A DNA stretch of 62,937 nt, filler included, from Octopus bimaculoides (lineage: Eukaryota), in assembly GCF_001194135.2 (NCBI RefSeq). It is 6 parts of 6 records of this genome, joined end to end, with 100 filler letters (N's around TTAATTAATTAA, not from the genome) between each part and the next. Parts side by side here need not be neighbours in the genome. Positions count along the whole stretch, not along the records: positions 48,370 to 54,285 come from NC_068983.1; positions 54,386 to 62,937 come from NC_068997.1; 4 more parts are not named here. One strand, written 5' to 3'. Numbering within the stretch: the stretch's first letter is position 1; each line of letters opens with the position of its first letter. This document shows positions 51,648-62,937 of the stretch, piece after piece. The notes beneath the pieces were generated by a model that saw only the letters and a program-made list of their open reading frames with translations, was not told where the DNA came from and made no database searches. The position numbers were made by a program, and so were the translations under genes.

Positions 51648-53555
51648 CAAGGTGAATATGGTACTTAAGTTTAGGCACCAGAATTAAGTATGGTATTATC
51701 CATACAATTCCAAAATAAGGTGATTAAAATCAAAATAAGCAACAAGGATATCCAAAGTTAATGCAGTACGATCATTACATGCGACTCCATTTATTTAAGC
51801 AATGTGAACATTACATCAAATGTAAAATGCAGAGCAATCCTCAGCTGCACAAAGATATAGAAATTTACTGAAATTTCATTTCAACAGAAGGACATATTTT
51901 TGTAACTCCGTTTAAACTCTCCAAGTAAAAATGAAGAATACAAAAAACCATTTTGACTTAGCCAGACCATACAGGCTGGTATGTGTGGTCTGACTAAGTC
52001 AAAATGGTTTTTTGTATTCTTCCTTTCTACTTGGAGAGTTTAAACCATTTTGACTTAGTCAGACCACACATACTAGCCTGTATGGTCTGGCTAAGTCAAA
52101 ATAGTTTTTTGTATTCTTCATTTCTACTTGGAGAGTTTAAACGTAGTTACAAAAATATGTCCTTCTGTTGAAATGAAATTTCAGTAAATTTCTATATCTT
52201 TGTGCAGCTGAGGATTGCTCTGCTAGAAATTAGAGTCACATATTTAACTCGGAAAGCCAGTAAAAGTACTAGCCTCATGATATTTACGGGATTCGGCAAC
52301 AGCAAGCTAAACGATATTTCTCTGGTGAGATAAACTCACGGAATGAAATAGCGTTTTAAAATTTTTAGTTTCTCACCGTCCCCACCGCAATTTGTTAATT
52401 TGTAACTTTTTACGAATATTGAGATTATGCATCTGGGAAATGTTAATTTGTTTTTCAAAAGTTTAATTTTTTTAAGAAACACTCAATGCTCCTTCCTCCA
52501 CCTCACACACCCATCGCCTACCCACTTTCAAAAAGCTAAAAACACCCAATGTTTCACTTTCATCTGATGTTTTCTGCATACGTAGAATTGTACTGAAATA
52601 GCAGATGAATAAAATATTAGCCGAAAGTTTCTTCAATCTTTTGATACTCCATACGTCAAAATCGGCAACTTGGTTTTCGAATGTATTCGTTGATTTTCGT
52701 AAAAACTTTCTATTACTTTATACTTTGAAGAGAGCAGATATTGAAATAGGGGAGAAAGTGAAAGATGTATGTACGTGTATATGAAATGGACGTGTGTGTG
52801 TGCGTGTGTGCGTGTGCGTGTGTGCGTGTGCGTATGTGCGTGTGCGTGAGAGAGAGAGAGAAGACAGAGTGAGTCGGTGAAGGCTTATGTTCTCATGTAT
52901 GTATAAGCGGCATTCACTCGGTCTCTCTCTCTCTCTGTCTCTCTCATACACACATCTTCATTTACACATACATAAATACATATACATACACCGTTTTCAT
53001 GTATGTGTGCGTGTGAGAGAATGTGAGAGAGAACATGAGAGATTGTATTTATTCACTACACACTCACATAGAAAATGTGACGCCGTCGTCGTTGCGGGTG
53101 TGCTATAAAATATTTACGATAGTTGACTTATAGAAAAGATTAATGTAAAATTTTTATAATGCAAATATGTAAAGGAAAATAATTTTATATGTTAGACGTA
53201 AATTTACTGAATGTTTTGATACCCCATATGTCAAAATCGGCAACTTGGATATTCAGAGGAAGATACGCATACACACACATACAAACTCTTCCATATATAT
53301 ATATGAAAGTGTCCTTGTCTGTGTTCTCTGTCTCTTACGTTCCCAGCGAGTCTCTCTTTTCCTGTCTCTTCCTCTTCCCTGATATCAGCCACCCTCATTA
53401 TGCCACCTTTGCCTGAATCTAAGACTTTTGCACTCCCCCCACCCATAACCTTTAAAATCTGTGTTGCTTTTTTTTATTTTTGATCATCTTGTTTTTGGAA
53501 TTGTTTGGATAATACCATACTATATTCTGGTGCCACATTCAATTTTGAATCTAAA
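51645..53555. mobile_element. Unclassified non-autonomous DNA element with about 100-bp TIRs
   Basis: GGCACCAGAATTAAGTATGGTATTATCCATACAATTCCAAAATAAGGTGATTAAAATCAAAATAAGCAAC (from about 51675) is an inverted match to 53464-53533. No TSD identified. Confidence 0.7.
51829..52223. repeat. 395-bp near-perfect palindrome with nested hairpins
   Basis: Arms 51829-52010 and 52043-52223 are complementary with only a few mismatches. Confidence 0.95.
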
Positions 53556-53556
53556 T

Positions 53557-53594
<38 letters not shown>

Positions 53595-53650
53595 AGAATA
53601 AGGGCAGGGAAATAAATATATGTGTGTGTGTGTGTGTGTGTGTGTCTATA

Positions 53651-53692
<42 letters not shown>

Positions 53693-53696
53693 CATA

Positions 53697-54095
53697 GGCG
53701 CAATGTCTCTGTGTAGTAAGACGTTTGCTTCTCAACACATGGTTACGGATTCAGTCCCACTGCGTGGAACCTTTGCCAAGTGTCTTCTACTACAGCCACG
53801 TGACGACCAAAGCCTTGTGAGTGGATTTGGTAGACAGAAACCGAAAGAAGCCTGTCGTATGTATATATATGGTGGGGGTGTATGTATATTGTGTGTGTCT
53901 GCGTTTGTCCTTAGGCTATCGCTTGAAAGCCGGTGTTGGTGTGTTTAGGACCCCGTAACTTAGCGGTTCGGCAAAAGGAAACACAGAATAAGTATTAAGC
54001 TTACAAAGAATAAGTCCTGGGGTCGATTTTTTATACTCAAGATGGCGCTCCAGCATGGCCGCAAACAAATGACTAAAACAAGTGAGAGAATAAAA
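53697..54095 (+). mobile_element. Family 2 SINE
   Basis: Full head, middle and tail. Confidence 0.85.
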
Positions 54096-54102
54096 GAATA
54101 TG

Positions 54103-54174
<72 letters not shown>

Positions 54175-54449
54175 TGTCTGCTCGCGACTCCATACGAGCC
54201 TAAAGTACGGAACAAGTAATGAAATCATATTCACTTGTCAGTTGCGCACCCGCACATAAACTCACGCACACGCAGACATATATATNNNNNNNNNNNNNNN
54301 NNNNNNNNNNNNNNNNNNNNNNNNNNNNNTTAATTAATTAANNNNNNNNNNNNNNNNNNNNNNNNNNNNNNNNNNNNNNNNNNNNTAACATTTGCAGCTT
54401 TGAACTGACTCAGGAATGCATGCCAGACATTCCGACACAATGCAAATTA

Positions 54450-54486
54450 TTGACACACGCACACACGCACACACACACACACACAT

Positions 54487-54517
<31 letters not shown>

Positions 54518-54830
54518 AGCACACGTACACACACACACACACACATATATACACACATACACATACATACACATATATACACATACACAGACACTTACAC
54601 ATACATATATATACACACATACATACATATATATACACACATACATACATATATATACACACATACATGCATACACACACACACACACACGCACACATAC
54701 ACACACACATACACATATACACAAACATGCATACATATATACATACACAAACACACAGACACATACACACACATACATATATATACACACATACATGCAT
54801 ACATACACACACACACACACAAACACACGT
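54450..54830. repeat. Degenerate (CA)/(TA)/(TACA) satellite
   Basis: Seen directly. Confidence 0.9.
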
Positions 54831-55459
54831 GTGTGCGTGCGTGTGTTTGTGCTTTTGTGTGCGCGCATATCTGTCCTGCTCGAGTGGTGCCCTCCCTGCG
54901 CATTAAGCATAACATCTCGGTAATAAAAATGAACAACCACCCCGAAGACTCCACCACCGGTCTTCCCCCCACCCGCCCACCACACACACACAAGCAACAC
55001 ATCCACGCACATACGTATGTGTGTGTTTATATACACATATATATATTACNNNNNNNNNNNNNNNNNNNNNNNNNNNNNNNNNNNNNNNNNNNNNNNNNNN
55101 NNNNNNNNNNNNNNNNNNNNNNNNNNNNNNNNNNNNNNNNNNNNNNNNNNNNNNNNNNNNNNNNNNNNNNNNNNNNNNNNNNNNNNNNNNNNNNNNNNNN
55201 NNNNNNNNNNNNNNNNNNNNNNNNNNNNNNNNNNNNNNNNNNNNNNNNNNNNNNNNNNNNNNNNNNNNNNNNNNNNNNNNNNNNNNNNNNNNNNNNNNNN
55301 NNNNNNNNNNNNNNNNNNNNNNNNNNNNNNNNNNNNNNNNNNNNNNNNNNNNNNNNNNNNNNNNNNNNNNNNNNNNNNNNNNNNNNNNNNNNNNNNNNNN
55401 NNNNNNNNNNNNNNNNNNNNNNNNNNNNNNNNNNNNNNNNNNNNNNTTTTGAAATAGTT

Positions 55460-55790
55460 AGGCGCAGGCATGACTGTGAGCTAAGAAGTTTTTCTTCTAA
55501 ACCTCATAGTTCCGGGTTCAGTCCCACTGCGTTGCAGCTTGTGCAAATGTCTTCTCCTATTGCTTCGAGCCGACCAAAGCCTTGTGATTTGGTGACGTCC
55601 TGTACCGATATATGCATGTCTATCTATCTATCTATCTATATATATACATATATATACATATTCTTATATATATATATATATTCTTTTATATTCTCTTATC
55701 AATGCAAGGAACGTGAAGAGAGCACAGCATAAAGACGGAAAGTCACGGTGGTGCTCCAGCATGACCACAGCCACTTGGCTGAAACCCATA
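55460..55790 (+). mobile_element. Family 2 SINE, internally deleted
   Basis: Head GGCGCAGGCATGACTGTG...GGGTTCAGTCCCACTGCG, tail GGTGCTCCAGCATGACC. Confidence 0.75.
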
Positions 55791-55914
55791 AATAAATAAA
55801 TATCAGATATAATACATCCAATTACAATACCAAGTACTAATACGAAATATTAAAAGTATTTTTTTTTTTAACGATAATTAGTGATATGCTTTGTTAGTAG
55901 TTTATTATGAACAT

Positions 55915-56150
55915 TAAGAACTGCATGGCAGAATCTTCAGGACGGACCGATCGGCAGGCGACCTGGCAGTAGACCGAGAACGAGATGGTTGGATAATATC
56001 CAATCTCAATTGGTCACGCTTGAGAATCCAACCGGAAAGTCTAATGACAATTGCTCCTGATAGGACTCAATGAAGGACGTGCTTAAGTGCTTTATCTGCA
56101 CGGCCCACCTATCAATAGTGAGCGGAGAAGATGGACGGAGGTATTATACT
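55915..56150 (+). mobile_element. RTE LINE 3' end relic
   Basis: RPGSRPRTRWLDNI...DRTQ*R pattern (GRPRTRW.D.I...DR..WR). Confidence 0.65.
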
Positions 56151-56619
56151 TCAATTTATAGATGTTTTGTGTTTTGTCCACTTTTACTAATAAATACATT
56201 ATTTGATTATCTACGTTAAGGGGACATAAACACACTAACACCTGTTGTGAAGCGGTGGAACAAAGACACACACACACACACACATGCATGTGTGAGATTT
56301 GTTTTGTTAAAAACACAGGGCTTGGCTTACTAAGCCAGTGGATCGCTAGATCAACTGACTTACTAAACGAAGCAATGTGTTACTAAGTGTTTCAAGTAGA
56401 TTTAGCCCCCTCAGTGACGAATATCCCGGACGTTCTGAGCTAATCCGAATAACAGTTATTGAAAACAGAGTACTGCGTTTTAGAAATAACACAGGTGTTA
56501 CAATAACACCTATTTAAATACAACTCTTCGAGATTATTTCGAAAAAAATAAAAAAATACAAACACGAACGTTTACTCATGAAATTACATTCATATATCTG
56601 ATAGATCTACATGTGATGT

Positions 56620-56885
56620 GAATGTGCTAAGAGGTTTGCTTCCAGATTCGCTCCCACTGCGTGATCTCTCAGGTAAGCGTCTACTACGGCAGCCTCGGGC
56701 CGACCAAAACCGTGTGAGTGGATTTGATAGACAGAAATTTTGTGTTTATATTCGTTTATTTGGGAGCCTGTAAGCTAGCGATTCGACAAGAGAAAACCGA
56801 TGGAATAAATACGAAGCTTGAAAGAAAAAAAAACAACAAAAAGCGGTATTGGGGTCTATTCGTCTATTCATCAAAGCAGTGCACC
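56620..56885 (+). mobile_element. Diverged family 2 SINE
   Basis: CCCACTGCGTG...GCCTCGGGCCGACCAAAAC..GTGAGTGGATTTGATAGACAGAAA. Confidence 0.7.
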
Positions 56886-56907
56886 ACAGTCTAATGATTA
56901 AAAGAGG

Positions 56908-56940
<33 letters not shown>

Positions 56941-57089
56941 NNNNNNNNNNNNNNNNNNNNNNNNNNNNNNNNNNNNNNNNNNNNNNNNNNNNNNNNNNNN
57001 NNNNNNNNNNNNNNNNNNATCACCATCACCAGCATCACCACCACCACCACCACCACCACAATCATCATCATCACCACCACCGCCACCAC

Positions 57090-57135
<46 letters not shown>

Positions 57136-57381
57136 TTGTTTGTGTGTAGCTTTAAATGAGACTTGAAGAGCCTAGTTGTAAAAGTGCTTAAGTCAAGAGA
57201 AGCAGACTCTGTGTTACGTGTTGAAGAATATGCAAATCAGCCCGGAAATTGGATCCGAGTCGATGACCGTTGAACAAAACGTTTCAAGTTTCTCAGAGAG
57301 GATAATTGCCTACACAGCTAATTGCTCAACTGCGTCAGTGCTTTAGATACACACATATATATAGCGTACATACAAACATGC

Positions 57382-57412
<31 letters not shown>

Positions 57413-57479
57413 CGGGTATATATGCAAATACACACATGCAAACACACACACATACACACATATATATATTCTTTTATTC

Positions 57480-57696
57480 TTTTATTCTTTTACTTGTTTC
57501 AGTCATTTGACTGCGGCCATGCTGGAGCACCGCCTTTAGTCGAGCAAATCGATCCCAAGGCTTATTCTTTGTAAGCCTAGTGCTTATTCTATCGGGCTCT
57601 TTTTTTTTTCCGAACCGCTAAGTTACGGGGACGTAAACACACCAACATCGGTTGTCAAGCGATGTTGGAGGGACAAACAAAGACACACAAGCACAG

Positions 57697-57732
<36 letters not shown>

Positions 57733-57885
57733 GACGGGCTTCTTTCAGTTTCCGCCAGCCAAATCTATTCACAAGGCTTTGGTCGGCCCGAAGCTATAGT
57801 AGAAGGTGCCACATAGAGAGACTGAACCCGGAAACATGTGGTTCATAAGCAAGCTACATACCACACAACCACTCCTGCGCCTACA
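57480..57885 (-). mobile_element. Family 2 SINE
   Basis: Reverse complement, near consensus. Confidence 0.85.
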
Positions 57886-58684
57886 TATGTATATTAATAT
57901 GTAAGTATGAATGTATGTACATAAGCAAATGTATGTATATACGTAATGTGTGTATATACGTACTTACGTAAGTATGTCCATGTGTATGCATACAAAAATT
58001 AGTTCAATCGATTATCACCATAAATATTTTTAGATATGACATCGATGTGTATTTATAAAAATCTCTAGAATTTCCAAGATTCTTGGTTTCTTTGATAAAA
58101 CCAAAAAAACACAAAAATATATGAGTGAAGTCATGTCAATCATTGCTTCCAACCAGCTACAGGAAGTTCTCTCCAAAGAATTTATTCCATCATTCTTTTA
58201 AATAGGAAACATTTTGTCAATCTTTGTGATTGGCAAAATGTGATTTTTTTTCTTTTCTTTATTCCACCGAAGCCCAAACCCCGGCGTCCACCTCCTGCGC
58301 CGCTCCTGGTGTTTGATATTCCCAGACAAATTATAGATTATTGCTAAATGCCAATAAATAATAATCTAAAGTAGAAATCATATTTCGTTCATTAGTTTTA
58401 TGACATAAAGACAGAACAATGGAAGACAACCGAGACAATGGAGCGCCATATTAACGACTTAACTGTGTTGTTGTTGCTGATGTTGTTGTTGGTGGTGGTT
58501 TTGGTAGTGGTATTACTTTAGATAGTTAGGCAGGATGAGGTAGAGGTGGAGGAGGAATAGCAAGAAGGGAGGGATAATTGCTACGATGTCTTTATCGGCC
58601 CCACTCCCAACAACCTGATGAGATCGATATGGTCAACCGCATAAAGAACACGCCTGTGCATAGATTTAATGTTTATACATATAT

Positions 58685-58720
<36 letters not shown>

Positions 58721-58842
58721 GCACACACATACATATATTACGTACACACGCATATTCTTTTACTCGTGCTAGGGGCATCGCCCTAAAGAATTTTAGTCAA
58801 ACGAATTGACCCCAATATTTGTTACTTCTTAAAGACTGATAC

Positions 58843-58909
58843 TTGTTCTGTTAGGCCCCTTGTTCTGTTAGGCCCCTTGTTCTGTTAGGTCCCTTGTTCT
58901 GTTAGGCCC
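58843..58909. repeat. 17-bp tandem repeat x4 (TTGTTCTGTTAGGCCCC)
   Basis: Units at 58843, 58860, 58877, 58894, inside a family 2 SINE tail relic. Confidence 0.9.
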
Positions 58910-59894
58910 TTGTCCTTAATTAATTCCTGCGATTTATCCAGACACCTATAACACCCAGATATTTCTATTCACTGTTAAACAACGTTGCTAAAGATTATAA
59001 GGTCTGCCTTATTCTGTCACAGTAACCCCCACCCCACCACCCAAGAAAAGAAAGGTAAAACAAATTAACAATAAACCCTGGGTTCGATTTCTTCCACTAA
59101 ACCCTTTAAGGCGGCGCTCCAGCATGGTCGCAGTCAAATGACTGAAACAAGTAAAATACACGTCTGCATATATGTTTGTGTGTATTTGCCTCTAGCGCCA
59201 AAAGATACTCTTGCCAGAAACGTGCCAGATAATCAGCGTCTAAACAACTGCGCCAAAACAGCTGCGCCCAAACATCTTATTTCGACACTAAAGCGACTTT
59301 TCAGTCACCTTCTATAATGATTATTAATCCATTTGTGAAAAGACAAAGACAAATGCACAAAAGACTACGACAGACTCGTAATAAACTATATAAGATTGAG
59401 CTGAGAGTCAAGTCTTTCGATGTGGCGATTGCCGGCCGAATATTCTGGAGAAAGGATTTTAAGTTTGTTTTCGATGTTAATTTAAAATAATTGCAACAAC
59501 AACCAGTAAAAAAAACACCCATCTCTTTGGAATGAAGGCAAACTTTTACTTTGAAACAGAACTAAGAAAGTCAACGAACTGAAAGCTAAACAAACTGCGA
59601 TGCAGTTCACCCAAGGTATAGATAGTCTCTATAAACATTGACAGGTCTATTTACACGAAAGATCAACTCACACTACTTTTATTTTATTTTACTTCATTTC
59701 ATTTTATTTGGTTTTTGGTTGTTTAGACATTTTTCAGGTTGGCGTCCATGTAGTTCATGTTTTCACACGTTTGTTTGAAAGGTGAGGACGGCAGAAGAAA
59801 ACAGAACATTAAAAAAAAAACACTGCTTTGTCCTTCACTTATGTGTTGAGATTTGGCGATATCTCGCAAATATCCTTATTGCCACATGTTAAAA

Positions 59895-60330
59895 CATGTG
59901 ACCTAGTGGTTAACAGTGTTCTGTTCGCGATCTTAAGTTTGTGAGTTCAATATTTGGATTGAGCGGCTAGCGATCATGAGATCAATTCTCATATCGGATC
60001 ATAAGATCGTGAATTCAGTACCAGGATCGGGCGGCTAGCGACCATAAGGGCCAAGTGGCTGGTGATCATAACGTAATTTAGTAGTTAGCAGTGTTCAGCT
60101 CACCATCATAAGGTCGAGAGTTCAATATTGGGATTGGATGTCCAGCGATCATAAGATCAATTTCTCTACCGGGTGGTCGAATGTTCCGGTTCCGGCTGAG
60201 TGGCTCATGGTCATAAAGTCACGGGTTCGACTGCTGGATCGGGCGGCATGTTGTGTCCTTCAGTAAGGCACATCATTCCCATTGCCCCAGTCTACTCAAC
60301 CGTAAATGAGTACCAGCTGGTTGCTACAGG
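59895..60330 (+). mobile_element. SINE with multimerised tRNA-like heads
   Basis: Repeated GATCATAAG.TC.(G)AGTTCAAT motifs, then a core GTGTCCTT.AGTAAGGCAC...GTAAATGAGTACC. Confidence 0.65.
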
Positions 60331-60449
60331 TGCAATCCTCTCTCACTCTAGCTCTCTCTCTCTCTCTCCCTCCCTCCCCTCCACCCCCACAAAAAAAGAC
60401 GATTCGGAGAATGTTTTAGACAGACAACAAAATAACAATTTCGAGTTAA

Positions 60450-60634
60450 CGTATATACTTTCCACCTGGACGGGATGCCAGTCCCTCGTAGGACTTTTGC
60501 CAGCCGAATGGACTGGAGCAACGTGAAATGAAGTGTTTTGCTCAAGAACACAACAAATTGCCCGATCCAGGAATCGAAACCGCAATCTTACAATATTGAG
60601 TCGAACACCTCTAACCACTGAGCCAAGTGCCTCA
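60450..60634 (-). mobile_element. tRNA-headed SINE
   Basis: Minus strand TGGCTCAGTGGTTAGAG...GGTTTCGATTCC...TTCTTGAGCAAAACACTT...GACTGGCATCCCGTCCAGG. Confidence 0.75.
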
Positions 60635-61034
60635 AGCAACAAAGTGACCTAATGTAAATGGAATCTGATCTCTTAAAATACAAGAGAGACATTAAAGGTT
60701 TTAGTTAGAGACCCAGATAAGGAAGATAACAAAATACTTTGCTATCAGCCTCATTAAATAAGCACCCAGTTTATGTAGCACATTCCTCGTCACGAACGTT
60801 CTATATTCTTTCGTCAACAGCTTCAACGATGGCGTTTACTCGTGTATAAGTTGCATAATTTTATGCTTGATTGTAATGGAAAAAAACTAGACTGCAAGTT
60901 GTAGACAGAGCGAAACCGATATCAAATTTGAATATGAAGGGGAACAATTTTGTACTCAGATTTAACAGTAAATTAGGGGTGCGGCTTATATATGATTAAA
61001 AACGATACTTGACATATCGAACAACAAAAGAATG

Positions 61035-61955
61035 GAAAAGTTAAGGCTAGGAAACACGTGGCAGAGGCACGGTGTGGCAATAAATCCACGATCCGATCCT
61101 TACCGGACCACGATGGGCAAATGATAACTGATCCGAGACAGATATGTGAGGCCTTTCGGCGACGCTTCGCTCAACTGTTCGGGAGAGCAGCGGTGAGCCG
61201 GGTCGCAGGATGGATTTCATGCTTTACCTCGACGGATTGCAGCGGCTCTCGGCGATGGATGCGGAAAACCTCGAAAGGCCGATAACAGCTTTTGAAATAC
61301 GGGAATCGATGGCTAGCTGCACGAGGGGTAACTAGCTTGATTTGGATGGTTTGCACTTCGAGCTTTACGCCTACAGTTCTGACTTGTTCGCTGACCTCTT
61401 AGCAAACGTTTACTGCAACTGGCAACAATAGAATGGGAGAATACCCCGTTTTGTGAGCCGAGGAGCGGTGGCGTTGTTGAGAAAATACCCGAACAAGGGA
61501 GGAGACTGTATGGACAACTTTAGGCCCATAACTCTGCTGAATGCATAATTTAAAATTTTGGCCAAGGTGTTGTCTACGAAGTTGGCGCTTGTCGTCGGTG
61601 ATCTGGTAGAGGAGGCACAGACATGTACCACCCCGAAAAGATCCATCCACGACAACCTCCACCTCATGCGATAGGTCATTGAAAAAGTGGCTAAAGAACC
61701 TGGCATGGGTGGGGACCTGATCAATTTGGATCAGTCTAAAGCTTTCGATAGGGTCGACCATCTATACCTGGCGGTGATCCTCAAGGCAGCTGGTTTCGGG
61801 CCAGTATTCAGGGGCCGGATCACTGCAATGCACAGCGACATCTGTTCAGTGGTCAGAGTGAACGGTCACCTCTCATAGCCGTTCAATATCATGCGCTCGG
61901 TTCAGCAAGGTTGCTCCCTCTCGTCTCTCTTGTACGTACTGACTCTCGAGCCACT
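61035..61955 (+). mobile_element. L1-clade (Tx1-like) LINE reverse transcriptase fragment, pseudogenised
   Basis: NFRPITLLNA*FKILAKVL, RSIHDNLHLMR, LINLDQSKAFDRVDH.YL, VRVNGHLS, RSVQQGCSLSSLLYVLTLEPL, with stops and frameshifts. Confidence 0.92.
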
Positions 61956-62125
61956 AGTAGAATATTTGCTGTAGCTCGTCTTTTATTCCAAGACAAAACA
62001 ATGTACATGATATCATTTAAGATCAGAAGCCATGAGAGCCACTGTCTGGTACAACATCAGGATATCCTGGTACTGCGACAGGGTATTTATTATTATTATC
62101 ATTATTGTTGTTGTTGTTGTTGCTG

Positions 62126-62310
62126 AAGGCAGCGAGCTGACGGAAATGCTAGGCGGTATTTTGCTTGTCGCTACGTTCTGAGTTTAAATTCCGCCGAGGT
62201 CGACTTTTCCTTTCGTCTTTTCGGGGTCGATAAAATATGTACCAATGAAACACTGGTACGTATCCCCCGCCTCCACCAAGCAGCCCTTGTGGCAAAAAAT
62301 TTGAAATAAA
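62126..62310 (+). mobile_element. Family 1 SINE followed by (ATC)n
   Basis: Head, B box, core CTTTTCGGGGTCGATAAAAT. Confidence 0.85.
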
Positions 62311-62317
62311 AATGATT

Positions 62318-62351
<34 letters not shown>

Positions 62352-62535
62352 CTTTCGGTATTACAGAAGAACATGTCTTCAGATTCGTTTATGACACAAT
62401 TATGGCAACACAGTTATGTGCTGATTCCTCTACTGGCTTCTTTGTTCTTTTCGTTTTTTTTCTTCTCCCCAACTTAAAGTTAGACTTCTTGGAATAAAAA
62501 CAAGAGTTTTTTTGTAAGCCAGAATATGAAAAAAG

Positions 62536-62572
<37 letters not shown>

Positions 62573-62882
62573 CAAATTGATATCGCAAGCAGACGATGTC
62601 TAACAACAACCGACATTGCTTGAAAAAAATCTACAAAATTTTCCGTATTAACGGCTGCGTTATCAGTTGTTTTGTCTCGATATAAGCAGTCACAGAAACT
62701 ATGCTGCTAACGATTACACGGTTATTCAATGGTCTGCATTATGAAACACATATATGTTACATTCTAAAAAAATATATATATATTAATAGTTATCATTATA
62801 ATAGGCTGTTTAGATTAGACGGAGAATTGCGCTTTCAGTTTATAGATATTCATATATACACACACACACACACACACATACA

Positions 62883-62915
<33 letters not shown>

Positions 62916-62937
62916 GTATGAATGTATGTATGTATAT

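Overview
AT-rich, microsatellite- and SINE-dense animal genomic DNA with many N gaps. The SINE and microsatellite landscape looks like an octopus or other coleoid cephalopod (inference). The only host gene I can support is a minus-strand RFX6-like (RFX4/6/8 subfamily) transcription factor. Four consecutive GT-AG exons (40126-40013, 38511-38462, 37263-37104, 36529-36388; 466 nt) splice in frame to 155 codons of the region after the DNA-binding domain. I could not find the flanking exons, so most of the window is probably RFX6 intron. The rest is decayed transposable elements: Meta/MESC-core and CORE-like tRNA SINEs, RTE-tailed SINEs with a 62-bp minisatellite, R4/Dong-like, L1/Tx1, RTE and Penelope fragments, mariner relics, and hAT and piggyBac-like MITEs. 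Most worth follow-up: a hammerhead-ribozyme-like core on the RFX6 sense strand, further Penelope-type hammerhead relics, a 395-bp nested palindrome inside a long-TIR element, an inverted SINE pair around a frame-symmetric exon pair, and a 70% GC insert. Almost all ORFs in the supplied track are microsatellite or N-gap artefacts. Everything was read by eye: exon, TSD and linker coordinates were counted base by base, other repeat boundaries are approximate (about 10-30 bp), and family names rest on recalled motifs, not database searches.
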